From NCBI RefSeq assembly GCF_009914755.1, contig NC_060934.1: DNA of 64,000 nt. One strand, 5' to 3'. Made by a program: the position numbers and the translations under genes. Source of the DNA: the human T2T-CHM13v2.0 reference genome, Homo sapiens. Shown in pieces: positions 61,369 to 64,000 of the stretch; the stretch's first letter is position 1, and each line of letters starts with the position of its first letter. The notes below the pieces were generated by a model. The model was not told the origin of the DNA and did no database searches. It saw only the letters and a program-made list of their open reading frames with translations.

Positions 61369-62148
61369 TAACATATGAAGTTTGCCGTCCTGGACCCAAA
61401 CTTTTCTGGGTCCAGAAGATCCAGAGGCTTTTAGTGCCCTGTGGATACCTGAATATGCATGGAGGCTGAGTCCAGCTGCAGCCCAGGGGAGAGGCCTCCC
61501 TGCCCACCCAGAGGCCGGATCCAAGGGCTATAAGTCTGCAGCTCTCCCAGACGGCTCTCTTTTCCTTCATATTAAAAAGCAAAGCAAAGCAAGAGAAACT
61601 GAGGCCTATGTTCTGCAGGAAGTCCAAAGCCCTCTCCAACATCTCAGAGGACTGTTTATCCCTGGGAAAAGAATAGTAGGATGGCTCTCATTTCTCCAAA
61701 GTCAATTCTGCTGTGGCCTCTCCACCCTTGCTGGCACTCTCTGGCCTCTCACTCCTACAACCTCATTCTGAGCTTGACACCACCATCTTCTATTATTCCT
61801 CCATCACTCACCCAAGGGATTGTGTGGGGCAGAGGGATTGCAGCACAGAGCAGGAGACAAGTCCACATTCAAGGTTTAACCTCCCCATTCTTTGAAAATT
61901 ATTGGCTAGGCCCCATCTCCAAGGACTTTCTGTGTCCTGCTGTGTTCATGAGGCTCCTCTCTGTACATGCGATTGTCACAGCCTTCCTTTTTCTTCATTC
62001 GTCATCTCTCCCCTCCTCTCTAGAGCCGAGTGCCTCAACAGGCTCGAGAGTCCTCCTATTGTCATGCAGAGCAGCTCAACTCCCTCTTAGTCTCAACCTC
62101 CCAGGCAGACTAAGCCTAGGGTGCCCCCATTCTCATCCAACAAGCTCA

Positions 62149-62325
62149 CCCAGGTGGCTTGGTGGCGGGTGCTTGTAATCCAAGCTATTTGGGAGGCTGA
62201 GGCAAGAGAATTGCTTGAACCCGGGAGGCAGAAGTTGCAGTGAGGTTGCAGTGAGCCGAGATTGTGCCACTACACTGCAGCCTAGGAGACAGAGCGAGAC
62301 TCCGTCTCAAAAAAAAAAAAAAGAA
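62149..62325 (+). mobile_element. Alu right-arm fragment
   Basis: ggtggcgggtgcttgtaatc...ctcaaaaa. Confidence 0.85.
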
Positions 62326-62772
62326 GAAGAATATGTAGGTGCTTTGTTCTCTTGGGATCTGGCTTTCAGCAGTGGCAAAGTGTGACTGTAACTCTACCCA
62401 TTTTTGTAATTAAAACCATCCACAGGCCACAGAGAATGCTTTTCCCTTTCTCTTGCTCTGTGTTCTCAAAATCAAAGGTAACTAAATATGAATTAAATGA
62501 AGGTTGGTGGGCTGTGCTGCCACTGACCTTGGAGGTGGACACTGCTTTGGAGTACTAGGAGGATTTGAGCTATGGAAGGGCTTCCCGGTGAAGAAAGGGG
62601 GCTTATTCTATTTGTCAAGTATATCTACTCAGATAGTATAAAGGACCTGGTAGCGCTGAGCGTCCTGATGTCTGTGTTTCACCTCACAGTTCTGGGGGCA
62701 CTCCAGAATTAGCATGGTATTCTGACAGTTGCAATAGCTGAGAAATATTTTGGTATATTACACAGTTCATAG

Positions 62773-63983
<1,211 letters not shown>

Positions 63984-64000
63984 TAATTTGGTTCTGATAA

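Overview
Primate, almost certainly human, genomic DNA rich in Alu, L1, L2, MIR and LTR repeats; the gene pair is the one I know from 10q22.2. The + strand carries the last five coding exons of KAT6B (MORF/MYST4 histone acetyltransferase; 6111-16576) and a 3' UTR ending near 18.15 kb. The - strand carries a complete, convergent DUSP29 (DUPD1) atypical dual-specificity phosphatase: three coding exons of 200+221+242 nt give 220 aa with the HCVMGRSRS active site. A probable non-coding DUSP29 first exon lies near 59.1 kb, behind a compact muscle-type promoter (MEF2/TATA, ERR, CRE-half, E-box). I see no convincing new multi-gene system, and nearly all other ORFs in the track come from repeats or antisense frames. 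The most interesting leads are: (i) the last DUSP29 exon begins GTAAGA, so splicing rebuilds the same 5' splice site (recursive-splicing architecture); (ii) a junction-spanning 27-aa uORF stops 1 nt before the DUSP29 AUG; (iii) an intragenic CpG island in DUSP29 has nine GC boxes; (iv) Arg/Lys-rich alternative frames lie under the KAT6B last-exon poly-Glu; (v) KAT6B exons 14-17 form a frame-closed 1035-nt block that could yield a stop-free circRNA. Exon and cDNA numbering is recalled from the canonical 18-exon KAT6B transcript and agrees with the exon lengths seen here. Repeat subfamilies and boundaries are by eye and approximate.
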